Below, one piece after another: positions 45,675 to 55,622 of a DNA stretch of 64,000 nt. Under the pieces are notes generated by a model. It ran no database searches, was not told the origin of the DNA, and saw only the letters and a program-made list of their open reading frames with translations. A program made the position numbers and the translations under genes. Positions within the stretch are counted from its first letter, which is position 1; each line of letters begins with the position of its first letter. Source of the DNA: Alphaproteobacteria bacterium (lineage in GTDB: Bacteria; Pseudomonadota; Alphaproteobacteria; SP197); assembly GCA_965228895.1 (NCBI GenBank), contig OZ245842.1, forward strand, positions 3,424,001 to 3,488,000. The letters run 5' to 3'.

Positions 45675-45696
45675 TCCTGACACCATAGTGTCAGGA
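45675..45696. promoter_or_regulatory. Perfect palindromic operator candidate
   Basis: TCCTGACAC-CATA-GTGTCAGGA in the divergent region between the PEP-mutase-family gene and cspA. Confidence 0.6.
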
Positions 45697-45905
45697 GAAA
45701 ATTCGCGAGCGACACCGCGCTACCACCACATTCTCTTTGACTTTGCCGGTGCGCCATCCCATGTAGATCTTAAGGGACGCCTCTGGAGTGCTAGACCTAT
45801 GTCGCCTCGCAGAGACGACCCATTACCGTTCTCCAAAGATTTCGGTAAGCCTAGACCCGCAGAGCGCTGTGCTCGGCGGGCGTTTTCTATTGATTGGAAC
45901 GATCT

Positions 45906-46115
45906 ATGACTACAGGAACCGTCAAGTGGTTCAACTCCGTTAAGGGCTATGGTTTCATTGAGCCGGAAGATGGCTCGAAGGACGCCTTCGTCCACATTTC
46001 CGCTGTGGAGCGCGCCGGCCTCGACGGCCTGGCCGAAGGCCAGAAGGTCAGCTACGAGCTGCAGAACAACCAGAACGGCAAGACCTCGGCAGAGAACCTG
46101 TCGCTTGTCGACTGA
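45906..46115 (+). CDS. cspA: Cold-shock protein
   Basis: GTVKWFN, RNP1 KGYGFI, RNP2 AFVHISA; 69 aa. Confidence 0.95.
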   Translation: MTTGTVKWFNSVKGYGFIEPEDGSKDAFVHISAVERAGLDGLAEGQKVSYELQNNQNGKTSAENLSLVD

Positions 46116-46141
46116 CGTCTCGGCACGCCGAGAATGGATCG

Positions 46142-46170
46142 GAGAGGCCGGCCAAGAGCGGGCCTCTCTT
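46142..46170 (+). terminator. Hairpin after cspA (weak terminator or attenuator)
   Basis: GAGAGGCC-N11-GGCCTCTC followed by only TT. Confidence 0.45.
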
Positions 46171-46180
46171 GATCCCACCC

Positions 46181-47347
46181 ATGCAAAGCCATGACCACGG
46201 GTGCGGCGCATCCCCCAGGAACGACGCTGCGCCTGCTCCTCGTGCGGTGCGGCCCGGTGCGACATTGACACCGGCAACGGCGACCGCTAGAGACGATCCG
46301 GCGTGGCGCGACCTGAAACGTCAGGTCTCTCAGTTCCAAAGACCCGTTCTTTTCTCAAGCTTGGCGCAAGGCATTGTCACGATCGGCGGTTACCTCGCCG
46401 TCTGCGCGGCCATGTATGCGACCGCCGGCATCTCGCTGTGGATATCGCTGGCGTTGGTGCCGCTTGCCGCCGGCTTGCTCGTGCGGACCTTTATCATCCA
46501 GCACGACTGCGGCCACGGCGCTTTCTTCCGGTCACGCTGGATGAACCACGCGCTGGGTATCTTCTGCAGTCTGATGACGTTGACACCTTATGCGTCCTGG
46601 CGCCGCCAGCATGCGGGCCATCACGGCATCTGGAACAATCTCGATCGGCGGGATACGGGCGCTGATATCTATTCGTCCTGCCTGACCGTCGATGAGTTTC
46701 AGGAACTCAGCCCGTGGCGACAGCGCTGGTATCGCATCAGCCGCCACCCCATCGTCGCCAACATCATCGTCCCACCATTCGTTTTCCTGGTCCTCTACCG
46801 CTTTCCGTTCGACCTTCCCTTGAAGTGGCGGCGCGAACGTGTCGGCGTCTACCTGACCAATCTTGCGTTGGTTGCCCTAATTGTCGGCATCGGATGGGCG
46901 GTCGGATTCGACCGGCTTGCCGAGATCCAGCTGCCGATCATCGTGCTTGCCTCGATCATCGGCGTCTGGCTGTTTTCCGTGCAGCACCGATCCGAACGCA
47001 CGCTTTGGGCGCGCCAGACGGACTGGACCTTCAAGGCGGCATCACTTCGCGGCTCGAACTACCTGCGCCTGACGCCCATCCTGCAATGGTTCACCGGCAA
47101 TATCGGCCTGCACCATGTTCACCATCTAAGCCCCAGGATTCCCAATTATCGTTTGCAGCAATGCCATGAAGCCGTCGTCGATTTTCGCGACGTCCCGGTC
47201 ATGACCCTGGGCGCGGCCCTCAAGTCGATGTTCTACGTCCTGTGGGATGAGAAGCTTCAGCGCATGGTGACATTCCGCATGGTCCGGCACCGCACGCCCG
47301 ATGACACGTCACCATCCGACACCACCAACGACAATCCGAAAGACTGA
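46181..47347 (+). CDS. Membrane fatty acid desaturase (Des/DesA-like)
   Basis: Three His boxes HDCGH, HAGHH and HHVHH; WLFSVQH; IPNYRL. Start uncertain. Confidence 0.92.
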   Translation: MQSHDHGCGASPRNDAAPAPRAVRPGATLTPATATARDDPAWRDLKRQVSQFQRPVLFSSLAQGIVTIGGYLAVCAAMYATAGISLWISLALVPLAAGLLVRTFIIQHDCGHGAFFRSRWMNHALGIFCSLMTLTPYASWRRQHAGHHGIWNNLDRRDTGADIYSSCLTVDEFQELSPWRQRWYRISRHPIVANIIVPPFVFLVLYRFPFDLPLKWRRERVGVYLTNLALVALIVGIGWAVGFDRLAEIQLPIIVLASIIGVWLFSVQHRSERTLWARQTDWTFKAASLRGSNYLRLTPILQWFTGNIGLHHVHHLSPRIPNYRLQQCHEAVVDFRDVPVMTLGAALKSMFYVLWDEKLQRMVTFRMVRHRTPDDTSPSDTTNDNPKD

Positions 47348-47406
47348 CGCCACCGTGCGGTCACTCCCGGTTGCCGCTGTGTAAGGGCCCCTCTAGGCTC
47401 GGCGGT

Positions 47407-48768
47407 ATGTCATCAAGAAACTCGAACGCGCCTTTGGCAGACGCCGCGCGGCGTGCCACGCGTTACCTTGACACCCTCGACGGACGCCCTGTCTTTCCGG
47501 ACGCCGACAATATCGCCCGCCTGGAATCAGCGCTTGACCAAGCCATGCCTGACAGGTCGACCGAACCGGCCGATGTCCTGGCCTTCATCGACGAGGTCGG
47601 CTCACCCGCCACCGTCGCCAGCGCGGGCGGCCGCTACTTCGGCTTTGTCACCGGCGGCGCGCTCCCCGCCAGTCTTGCCGCCAACTGGCTGGCCGGCGCG
47701 TGGGACCAGAACAGTTTCGGGCCCGTCAGTTCGCCCGCGATCGCTCTGTTCGAGGAAGCGGCACTGCGCTGGCTCAAAGACTGCCTGGGTCTGCCCGGCG
47801 ACGCGGAAGGCGCGCTGGTCACCGGCGCCACCATGGCGAACTTCACCTGTCTGGCGGCGGCGCGGCACGCTGTGTTGCAACAGGCCGGTTGGGATGTCGA
47901 AGCGAGCGGCCTGTTCGGTGCGCCGGAGATCACCGTCGTCGTCGGCGACGAGGTTCATGCGTCGCTCTTGAAGGTGCTGGCCATGCTCGGCCTGGGCCGC
48001 GAGCGCGTCGTCCGCGTCCCCGCCGACGATCAGGGTCGGATGCAGGCCACGGCGCTGCCGGCCATCGACGGACCGACCATCGTCTGTCTGCAGGCCGGCA
48101 ATGTGAACTCCGGCGCTTTCGATCCGGCCGATGACGTGATTCCCTTGGCGAAGGCAGGGGGCGCCTGGGTCCATGTCGACGGCGCCTTCGGCCTGTGGGC
48201 CAAGGCATCACCGAAACTCGCGTCGCTCGCGGCCGGCATCGAAGGCGCGGACTCCTGGGCGACCGACTGCCACAAGTGGCTCAACGTGCCCTACGATAAC
48301 GGAGCCGCCATCGTACGCTCGCCCGAAGCGTTGCGCGCGGCGATGTCGATCAGCGGCGCCTATCTCATGCAGGGCGAACGCCGCAGCGCCTTGGATGTCA
48401 CGCCGGACAGCTCGCGCCGCGCCCGCGCGATCGATGTGTGGGCTGCACTCAAGTCGCTTGGCCGGTCAGGCCTGGCGGAACTGATTGAACGCAACTGCGC
48501 GCAGGCATCGTGGCTTGCGGACGAACTGCGCGATGCCGGTATCGAAGTCCTGAACGATGTCGTGCTGAACCAGGTCGTCGCCGCGTTCGGCAGCGACGAC
48601 CTGACCGAGCGCACCATCGAGATTCTGCAAAGGGCCGGCACGATCTGGTGCGGCGGCACGGTTTGGCAAGGCCGCCGCGCCATGCGGATCAGCATCAGTT
48701 CCTGGGCGACCACCCAGGCGGACATGGCGGCGGCGCGCGACGCAATCCTGGCCGCGCGCCCGTCTTGA
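47407..48768 (+). CDS. Group II PLP-dependent decarboxylase (aromatic amino acid/glutamate decarboxylase-like)
   Basis: RYFGFVTGG, GATMAN, HVDGAFG, DSWATDCHKWLNVPY (PLP lysine). Confidence 0.92.
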   Translation: MSSRNSNAPLADAARRATRYLDTLDGRPVFPDADNIARLESALDQAMPDRSTEPADVLAFIDEVGSPATVASAGGRYFGFVTGGALPASLAANWLAGAWDQNSFGPVSSPAIALFEEAALRWLKDCLGLPGDAEGALVTGATMANFTCLAAARHAVLQQAGWDVEASGLFGAPEITVVVGDEVHASLLKVLAMLGLGRERVVRVPADDQGRMQATALPAIDGPTIVCLQAGNVNSGAFDPADDVIPLAKAGGAWVHVDGAFGLWAKASPKLASLAAGIEGADSWATDCHKWLNVPYDNGAAIVRSPEALRAAMSISGAYLMQGERRSALDVTPDSSRRARAIDVWAALKSLGRSGLAELIERNCAQASWLADELRDAGIEVLNDVVLNQVVAAFGSDDLTERTIEILQRAGTIWCGGTVWQGRRAMRISISSWATTQADMAAARDAILAARPS

Positions 48769-48772
48769 TCAC

Positions 48773-49681
48773 TCAGTACGATTCTTCGACGTAAAGATTG
48801 TCGGGCAGCACCTTGCGCTCGTAATCGGGATTCGACACGCGATCGGGCAAGGTGACCGGGTCATGCGGCACCTCGGTATACGGTATCTGGCGCAGCAGAT
48901 GGTTGATGCAGTTCAGCCGCGCCCTCTTCTTGTCGTCGCCCTCGACGATGAACCATGGCGCTTCCGGGATGTTCGTCTTCTCGAACATCTCCTCTTTGCC
49001 CTTGGTGTACTGCTCCCAGCGCACACGCGATTGCAGATCCATCGGGCTCAGCTTCCACTGTTTCAGCGGATCGTGGATACGCATCAGGAACCGTAACTGC
49101 TGTTCCTGATCGGTAATCGAAAACCAGTATTTGATGAGCTTGACGCCAGAGCGCGCGAGCATGCGCTCGAACTCCGGCACGTCGTGGAAGAACTCGTCGA
49201 CCTCGTCGTCTGTCGCAAAGCCCATGACCCGCTCGACACCGGCACGGTTGTACCAGGAGCGGTCGAACAGCACGAGCTCGCCGGCGGCCGGCAAATGCGG
49301 GACATAGCGTTGGAAGTACCACTGGCTCTTCTCGCGCTCGTTCGGCGCGGGCAGCGCAACGACGCGACAGACACGCGGATTGAGCCGCTGGGTGATACGC
49401 TTGATGACACCGCCCTTGCCGGCGGCATCGCGGCCTTCGAAGATCACCATCAGCTTGTAGCCGGTCGCAACGACCCAATCCTGCATTTTCACCAGTTCGG
49501 CCTGCAGGCGAAGCAACTCGTGGAAGTAGGTCCGGCGATCCAGTGTCGACTTATGCTTGAGGTCGGTGATCTGCTGGAGTTCGCGGGCAACACGCAGATC
49601 GTCGATCTCCATTTCAAGTTCTTCGTCGAAGCTGTCCTGCAACTCCGCCTCGACCCATGACTGATCTTTGGTTTTGTTCAT
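48773..49681 (-). CDS. ppk2: Polyphosphate kinase 2
   Basis: Walker A FEGRDAAGKGG, WYFQRY, Walker B FDRSWYNRAGVERVMGF, WKLSPMD, DKKRARLN. Confidence 0.96.
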   Translation of the reverse strand: MNKTKDQSWVEAELQDSFDEELEMEIDDLRVARELQQITDLKHKSTLDRRTYFHELLRLQAELVKMQDWVVATGYKLMVIFEGRDAAGKGGVIKRITQRLNPRVCRVVALPAPNEREKSQWYFQRYVPHLPAAGELVLFDRSWYNRAGVERVMGFATDDEVDEFFHDVPEFERMLARSGVKLIKYWFSITDQEQQLRFLMRIHDPLKQWKLSPMDLQSRVRWEQYTKGKEEMFEKTNIPEAPWFIVEGDDKKRARLNCINHLLRQIPYTEVPHDPVTLPDRVSNPDYERKVLPDNLYVEESY

Positions 49682-49756
49682 ACCCTCACTCGTCTTGTTA
49701 CGTCGTTCAATCCGCGACAACCCACAAAGCTCTTCGTCACGCCCTGGCCCAAACCT

Positions 49757-49785
49757 ATGACAGACTTACGACCATCAAGTGACCG
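49757..49785 (-). promoter_or_regulatory. Pho-box-like 11-bp direct repeats upstream of ppk2
   Basis: Minus strand GTCACttgatg-GTCGTaagtct-GTCAT: three GTCRY units at exact 11-bp spacing, about 75 nt upstream of the ATG. Confidence 0.55.
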
Positions 49786-50137
49786 TCGGCAGCTACATTA
49801 GCCGTCTGGGCCGTCTTGTGTCAGGCCACACGAAACCCGCGATCGTAGGTGTTCAAGAAACATCGCGAGCAATTCGCACTAAGAAGCCAGAAAAACGAGC
49901 TTCGTTCACGTGCTGTGCTCCATCACCGCGGCGTCGAGCTGCCCATTCGCGCTATTGTCGGCCACTCGGCGCCTCACATTATGAGCAGCTTCCGACATCA
50001 TGCCAACATGGTCGTGGCACACATGGCCGAAGCGATGACAACGCTAGCCGTACGAGCGGCCGCTGTGCAAAATCACCGGGCTGGGCGGTGCGATCGTCGT
50101 TCCACATACCCGCCCGAACCAAGATGGAGAGATCGTG

Positions 50138-50740
50138 ATGGAGACGATGATGGTACCGGCCGGGCATGGCCGCGCGTTTAAGCTATCCGAGGGCCAACGA
50201 GTACGCCTGACGACGCCGAAAGGTCAGCAGTCCGCTGACTTCTTCGCCTTCCGTGACGGCGACATGACCGACTGGCTGTCGCCGCTTCACACCTGGATGC
50301 CGACACGCGCGCTGCATCCCCGCGTCGGCGACACCTTCTTGAGCCGGCTGAGGGAACCCATGCTCGACTTTATCGAGGACGGCGCCGAGGGCGTCCATGA
50401 TCTACTGATCGCGCCGTGCGATCCCATTCGTTATGCGCAGTTCGGCGACAAGGACCACCGGAGCTGCATCGGTAACCTCATGGAGGCGATGCAAGAGCTT
50501 GGGCACGACGTCCCGATCCCGCCCCCGGCGGTCAACTTCTTCACCACGACGACGGTCACCGAGGGTTTCATGTTCGAGACGCCGGCGGCACCGGTCGCCA
50601 AACCGGGCGCCTATGTCGTACTGGAGGCACGCATGAACCTGATATGCGCCGTTTCCTCTTGCCCATACGACCTCACCGGGCCCGGCTGGAACATCAATTC
50701 GCCCGACGGCCCGACGGAGATCCTGATCGAACTGCATTGA
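50138..50740 (+). CDS. DUF1989 / urea carboxylase-associated family protein
   Basis: GQQSADFFAF, HDLLIAPCD, HRSCIGNL, VNFF, SSCPYD metal-ligand pattern. Confidence 0.88.
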   Translation: METMMVPAGHGRAFKLSEGQRVRLTTPKGQQSADFFAFRDGDMTDWLSPLHTWMPTRALHPRVGDTFLSRLREPMLDFIEDGAEGVHDLLIAPCDPIRYAQFGDKDHRSCIGNLMEAMQELGHDVPIPPPAVNFFTTTTVTEGFMFETPAAPVAKPGAYVVLEARMNLICAVSSCPYDLTGPGWNINSPDGPTEILIELH

Positions 50741-50804
50741 GGATCGGTGGCCGCGATCGCACCCATCGTTCGACGCCGGGTACGGCCGCTCCTACACTCT
50801 CGCC

Positions 50805-51833
50805 ATGCGGTCCGATCTTGGTTGCCTGGACACCCTGCCCCGCGTGCGCCTGGGTCACGCGCCGACGCCGGTCGACGTCATGGCAAACCTGGCATCAGCG
50901 TTCGAGGACCTGACGCTCTACGTCAAGCGCGATGACTGCACCGGCCTCGCCTTCGGCGGCAACAAGGTCCGCCAGCTTGAGTTCTATATGGGCGAGGCTC
51001 AGGCGCAGCGCGCCGACACGATTTTGATCACCGGCGCGCGCCAATCGAACTTCGTCCGGCTTGCCGCAGCGGCGGCACGCGCGCTCGGCATGGACTGCCA
51101 CATCCAGTTGGAAGAACGGGTGGTGCGCGACGATCCGCTCTATCGCGAGTCCGGTAACGTCCTGATCGACCGCCTGCTCGGCGCGACACTCCATGCCTAT
51201 CCCGAAGGCGAAGACGAAGCCGGCGCCGACAGAAGCCTCGAGACGCTAGCGGCCGACCTCGCGGATAAAGGACGCAGCCCCTATGTCATCCACCTGGCGC
51301 CCGGGCACAAACCGCTTGGCGCGCTGGGTTACGTTGTCGCCGCGCGCGAGCTCGTCAACCAACTCGGTGATGGCGGCCAGACTCTCGACACCGTCGTCGT
51401 CGCGTCTGGTAGCGGCAACACCCACGCGGGCCTTTTGTTCGGCCTAAGCGCGTTGGGTTCGCCCGTCGCCGTCCACGGCATCTGCGTACGCCGTGCAGCC
51501 GGTGAACAACACACGCGGATCGCCACGCGGTGTGCTGAGATCGCGGACCTCTTGGGCATGCGTTCGCCGGTGGCCGAAGCCGATATCCAACTCGACGACC
51601 GTTTCCTGGCGCCGGGTTACGGTAAACTCAATGACGCCACGACGGCGGCCATCGAACAAGCCGCGCGTGCGGAGGCGTTAATGCTGGACCCCGTCTACAC
51701 CGGCAAGGCCATGGCGGGTTTCCTGCACCTGGCGTCACAAACGGCGGCTGGCCATTCCCTGCTGTTCTGGCATACCGGCGGCGCGCCGGCCCTGTTTGCC
51801 TATGGCAACGATCTGGTCGAAGATCAGGAATGA
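50805..51833 (+). CDS. D-cysteine desulfhydrase family PLP enzyme
   Basis: KRDDCTGLAFGGNKVRQLE, QSN, SGSGNT, LDPVYTGKA, WHTGG. Confidence 0.9.
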   Translation: MRSDLGCLDTLPRVRLGHAPTPVDVMANLASAFEDLTLYVKRDDCTGLAFGGNKVRQLEFYMGEAQAQRADTILITGARQSNFVRLAAAAARALGMDCHIQLEERVVRDDPLYRESGNVLIDRLLGATLHAYPEGEDEAGADRSLETLAADLADKGRSPYVIHLAPGHKPLGALGYVVAARELVNQLGDGGQTLDTVVVASGSGNTHAGLLFGLSALGSPVAVHGICVRRAAGEQHTRIATRCAEIADLLGMRSPVAEADIQLDDRFLAPGYGKLNDATTAAIEQAARAEALMLDPVYTGKAMAGFLHLASQTAAGHSLLFWHTGGAPALFAYGNDLVEDQE

Positions 51834-51843
51834 CGCTGCCTCG

Positions 51844-53430
51844 TCATCTGCGCGCATTCTCCGAGGCACCGGCGATATGCCCCGCCGATACGCGGTCGGC
51901 CGCCATTTGCTTCAGCGTCTCGCGATCGACTTTGCCGGTCGGCGTCAGCGGCATCTCGTCGATGACGACAACAACCTCCGGCGCCTTGTAGCCGACCTCT
52001 TTTCGCGCGGCCTCGATGATCTCCTGCGCCGGCGGCCTATCGGCACCATCACGCAAGGTGACGTAGACCCAGACATTCTCGCCATGGGCGGCGTCACGCA
52101 CGCCGACGACACCGGCCAGATCGACGGCCGGATGGGTCAACACCGCCATCTCGACCTCCAAGGGCGAGATGTTGGAGCTGTCGTGGACGATGATCTGTTT
52201 CTTGCGGCCGCGGAACCAGAAATAGCCGTCCTCGTCGACCGTCATGATGTCGCCGGTGTCGAACCACCCGTCCTTTTCAGCTTCCGCTGTGGCGTCGGGG
52301 TTATCCCAGTAGCCGGTCATGATCGCCGGGCCCTTCAGCCACAATCGGCCGTCGGTCCCGGTCGGCACCTCCCGTCCGTCGTCGTCACGGATCGACGCCC
52401 TATAGCCGGGGTTGAGCACGCCGACCGAGCCTTCCTTAATGGTGCCAGACGGCGGGTTCAGAAAACCCGTTCCGATTTCGGTCATGCCGAATATCTCGTC
52501 GATCGGCAGGCCGGCCACCCGAACGACCTCGTCCTCCAAATCCGATGGAATGGTATCGCCACCCGACAGCAGCAGACGCAAGGAGGCAAAATCCTCCGGC
52601 TTCGCGCCGTGATCGCGGATCAGCGCGGCCAACGCGGCCGGCAGCACGAACAACGTCGTCGGCCTGAACTCGCGCAGGACCGGCAGGAACTCATCGGGGT
52701 CAAAGCTGCGCGCGATGGCCAACTGGCCACCGACAGACAGGATACCCAGCGCGACCTTCAGCGAGCCCATGTGGGAGATCGAGGAGCCGGCCATCAAGAC
52801 ATCGTCCGCGCTCAACTCCATCGCGCGCGCCATGCTGGCGACGACACAACCATAGGTCCTGAAGCTGTGCGTCACACCTTTCGGTTTGCCGGTGCTGCCG
52901 GAGGTGAACAGGATGAACGCCGGCGCGTCGGGATCGGGATGCGGCAGGTCCCGCTTCGGCGGCACCTCGGCAAGCAGCTTTTCGACAGCCAGACTGCCAT
53001 CGATGGTACCGGCCGCTACGACAACACCGCAACGCAGCTTCGCCGCTTCGCTGCTCGCGGCAATATCAGCGTCGCGCTCGACATGGGCGACCAGCATCGA
53101 TGCGCCACCGACGGACATCGCATGGTCCATTTCCGACGGCGTGTAGCGATAGTTGAGCGGCATCGCCACCAGCCCCGCCTTGAAGCAGGCGATGTAGTGG
53201 ATGATCAGCACGGTCCTGTTCGGCAGCAGCGAGGCCACACGATCGCCCGGCTCCAGACCGCGCGCCAGATAGATAAGCGCCAGGCGCGTGCTCGCCTCGT
53301 TCAGCTCACGCCACGTCCAGCGCAGCCGCAACGAGACAAGCGCCAGCGCGTCCGGCTTGGCCGCCAGACCGCGCTCCAACAAACGTGGCAAGTCGACAGG
53401 CCCGTCAAGCTCCGGCCCCTCTAACACCAT
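51844..53430 (-). CDS. AMP-binding acyl-CoA synthetase (class I adenylate-forming enzyme)
   Basis: FTSGSTGKPKG, FGMTE, GWFDTGD, GRKK, PTGKVDR. Confidence 0.93.
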   Translation of the reverse strand: MVLEGPELDGPVDLPRLLERGLAAKPDALALVSLRLRWTWRELNEASTRLALIYLARGLEPGDRVASLLPNRTVLIIHYIACFKAGLVAMPLNYRYTPSEMDHAMSVGGASMLVAHVERDADIAASSEAAKLRCGVVVAAGTIDGSLAVEKLLAEVPPKRDLPHPDPDAPAFILFTSGSTGKPKGVTHSFRTYGCVVASMARAMELSADDVLMAGSSISHMGSLKVALGILSVGGQLAIARSFDPDEFLPVLREFRPTTLFVLPAALAALIRDHGAKPEDFASLRLLLSGGDTIPSDLEDEVVRVAGLPIDEIFGMTEIGTGFLNPPSGTIKEGSVGVLNPGYRASIRDDDGREVPTGTDGRLWLKGPAIMTGYWDNPDATAEAEKDGWFDTGDIMTVDEDGYFWFRGRKKQIIVHDSSNISPLEVEMAVLTHPAVDLAGVVGVRDAAHGENVWVYVTLRDGADRPPAQEIIEAARKEVGYKAPEVVVVIDEMPLTPTGKVDRETLKQMAADRVSAGHIAGASENARR

Positions 53431-53565
53431 CGCCCCCACAGCAGATTCAACCCCCGGTGTAACGGCCGGACGGTATCACGTTCAGGGTGTTACAGCGACT
53501 TCGGTCGGGCGGTCATTCGGTCTAAGCTGCCGCCCTCATCAGCACACCAAGCAGGGGGCAATGAC

Positions 53566-54252
53566 ATGGTGCCGGCCATTCGCGAGATCGTCGATCTCAG
53601 CCACGAGATGTATTCCAACATGCCGAACATCGGCGGTCAGGTGAGCTTCTTCACGACCGAAGACCACGCCTATCTCTCCGAGATCACCGGCGGCAAGATG
53701 TCGATGGAAGCGCGCATGATCCTGATGCCCGAGCATTGCGGCACCCACCTGGACGTGCCGCTGCATTCCGACCCCAATGGTCCGGGCGTCGACAAGGTGC
53801 CGCTTGAACAGCTCATTCTGCCCGGCCACCTGCTGGACCTGACCCACAAGAAGAATGGCGAGGCCATTACCATCGCCGATTTCGAGGCGGCCGAGAAAGC
53901 CTCGGGCCAGGAGCTCGGCCCCGGCAAGGCAACGGTGTGCTGGACCGGCGCCGACAAGGACTGGGGCAAGCCGGGCTTCGCCATGAACCGGCCCTATGTG
54001 CCGACCGAGGTCGCCGACTGGCTGGTCGGCCGCGGTATCACCATCTTCTGCACCGACCTGATCGGCATGGACGACCCCAGCGAATGGTGGTGGCCGACCC
54101 ACGCGGCATGGCTGACCAAGGGCGTGTGCATGGTCCAACAGCTCTGCAATCTCGACAAGCTCGCCGGCAAGGACTTCCTGTTCGTCTGCCTGCCGCTCAA
54201 CATGCGCGACGGTACCGGCTGTCCGGTGCGCGCGGCAGCGCTGGTGTTCTAG
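53566..54252 (+). CDS. Cyclase family protein (kynurenine formamidase/isatin hydrolase-like)
   Basis: VDLSH, HCGTHLDVPLH (HxGTHxDxPxH), GTGCPVRA. Confidence 0.92.
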   Translation: MVPAIREIVDLSHEMYSNMPNIGGQVSFFTTEDHAYLSEITGGKMSMEARMILMPEHCGTHLDVPLHSDPNGPGVDKVPLEQLILPGHLLDLTHKKNGEAITIADFEAAEKASGQELGPGKATVCWTGADKDWGKPGFAMNRPYVPTEVADWLVGRGITIFCTDLIGMDDPSEWWWPTHAAWLTKGVCMVQQLCNLDKLAGKDFLFVCLPLNMRDGTGCPVRAAALVF

Positions 54253-54260
54253 ACGCGGCA

Positions 54261-55595
54261 ATGGCGCAATCGTCGGGACCAAGCATCGGCGTCTTTTCAG
54301 CGCTTTCCATCGGCATCGGCGGCATGGTCGGCGGCGGCATCTTCGCCGTCACCGGGCTGACCATCCAGCTCACCCAGGGTGCTGCGCCGATTGCCTTTGT
54401 TGTCGCCGGTATCGTCGCGCTGCTGACCAGCTACTCCTATCTGAAGCTGACACTGACCTTTCCCAGCAAAGGCGGCACGGTCGAGTTCCTGAACCGGGGT
54501 TTCGGTGCCGGCGTGTTCACCGGCAGCCTCAACATCCTTCTTTCGTTCAGCTATGTCGTGCTGCTCGCCGTCTATGCCTTCGCGTTCGGCGGCTACCTCG
54601 CGAGTTTCTTTCCGGCCAGCGAGTACATCTTCTGGAACCATCTCTTTTCATCGTCGCTGATCGTGCTGCTCGCCGCCATCAACACCTTTGGCGTCGGCTT
54701 GGTCATCCGTTCCGAGAACGTCTTCAACCTGAGCAAGATGGCGCTGCTTGCGGTCTTCATTGTCGCCGGTCTGGCAACGCCCTTCGAGTGGGAGCGATTC
54801 ACGCCGTCGAACTACGTGCCGCCGTTCGAGATCATCGCCGGCGCCATGATCATCTTTCTGAACTACGAGGGTTTTGAGCTGATCGCCAATGCCGGCCCCG
54901 ACATCAAGAACCCGAAGAAGACGCTGCCGATCGCCTATCTGGGCGGCGTGTCGATCGCCATCGTCCTTTATGTGCTGATCACGATCGTCGTCCTGGGCCA
55001 CATGAGCTTCGCCGAGGTCGCCGCGCATTCCGACTATTCGCTCTCTGTTGCGGCGCAGGCCTTCATGGGGTCCACCGGCTACATCCTTGTCACGGTAGCG
55101 GCTTTGCTGGCGACCTCCTCGGCGATCAACGCGACGTTCTACGGTGCCGGACGCCTGACCTATGTGATCGCCAAGTCCGGCGAGCTGCCGTCGGAGCTGG
55201 AGCGCAGCATTCGCGGCCAGCCGCTGGAAGGCATGCTGATCTTCGCTTTGCTGGCGCTCTACCTCGTGAACTTCCTGCCGCTCAGCGCTATCGCGACCAT
55301 GGGCAGCGCTGGATTCCTGATCATCTTCCTGGCCGTCAACCTGGCCAACGTGCGCCTGGCGCGGCGTACCGAGAGCCGGGCCTGGATTTCCGCCGCAGGC
55401 GTCCTGGCCTGCGCGGTCGCCCTTGCCGCCTTGTGCTGGCAGGTGTGGAAAGCACCGCAGACACGCGATCACCTGTGGATCCTGGTCGGCATGATCGTGG
55501 TGTCCCTGACCTTGGAGATCGCCTATCGCAGCGCGACCAAACGGCAGATCCATCTGGGCAGAAAGCCGGACGCCCCGGACAAACCCGGGGGCTAA
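54261..55595 (+). CDS. APC family amino acid permease
   Basis: IGIGGMVGGGIF, GGTVEF, YEGFELIAN, SGELP; about 12 TM segments; 8 nt after the cyclase gene. Confidence 0.92.
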   Translation: MAQSSGPSIGVFSALSIGIGGMVGGGIFAVTGLTIQLTQGAAPIAFVVAGIVALLTSYSYLKLTLTFPSKGGTVEFLNRGFGAGVFTGSLNILLSFSYVVLLAVYAFAFGGYLASFFPASEYIFWNHLFSSSLIVLLAAINTFGVGLVIRSENVFNLSKMALLAVFIVAGLATPFEWERFTPSNYVPPFEIIAGAMIIFLNYEGFELIANAGPDIKNPKKTLPIAYLGGVSIAIVLYVLITIVVLGHMSFAEVAAHSDYSLSVAAQAFMGSTGYILVTVAALLATSSAINATFYGAGRLTYVIAKSGELPSELERSIRGQPLEGMLIFALLALYLVNFLPLSAIATMGSAGFLIIFLAVNLANVRLARRTESRAWISAAGVLACAVALAALCWQVWKAPQTRDHLWILVGMIVVSLTLEIAYRSATKRQIHLGRKPDAPDKPGG

Positions 55596-55622
55596 GCCGG
55601 AAACTGCACCTTGCGCGGCGGC

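Noticed and set aside
50805-51833. ACC deaminase (acdS), tempting because of the plant-like GH3 gene
   Set aside because: It has PVYTGK and WHTGG rather than the PVYEGK and AHLGG residues diagnostic of true ACC deaminases.
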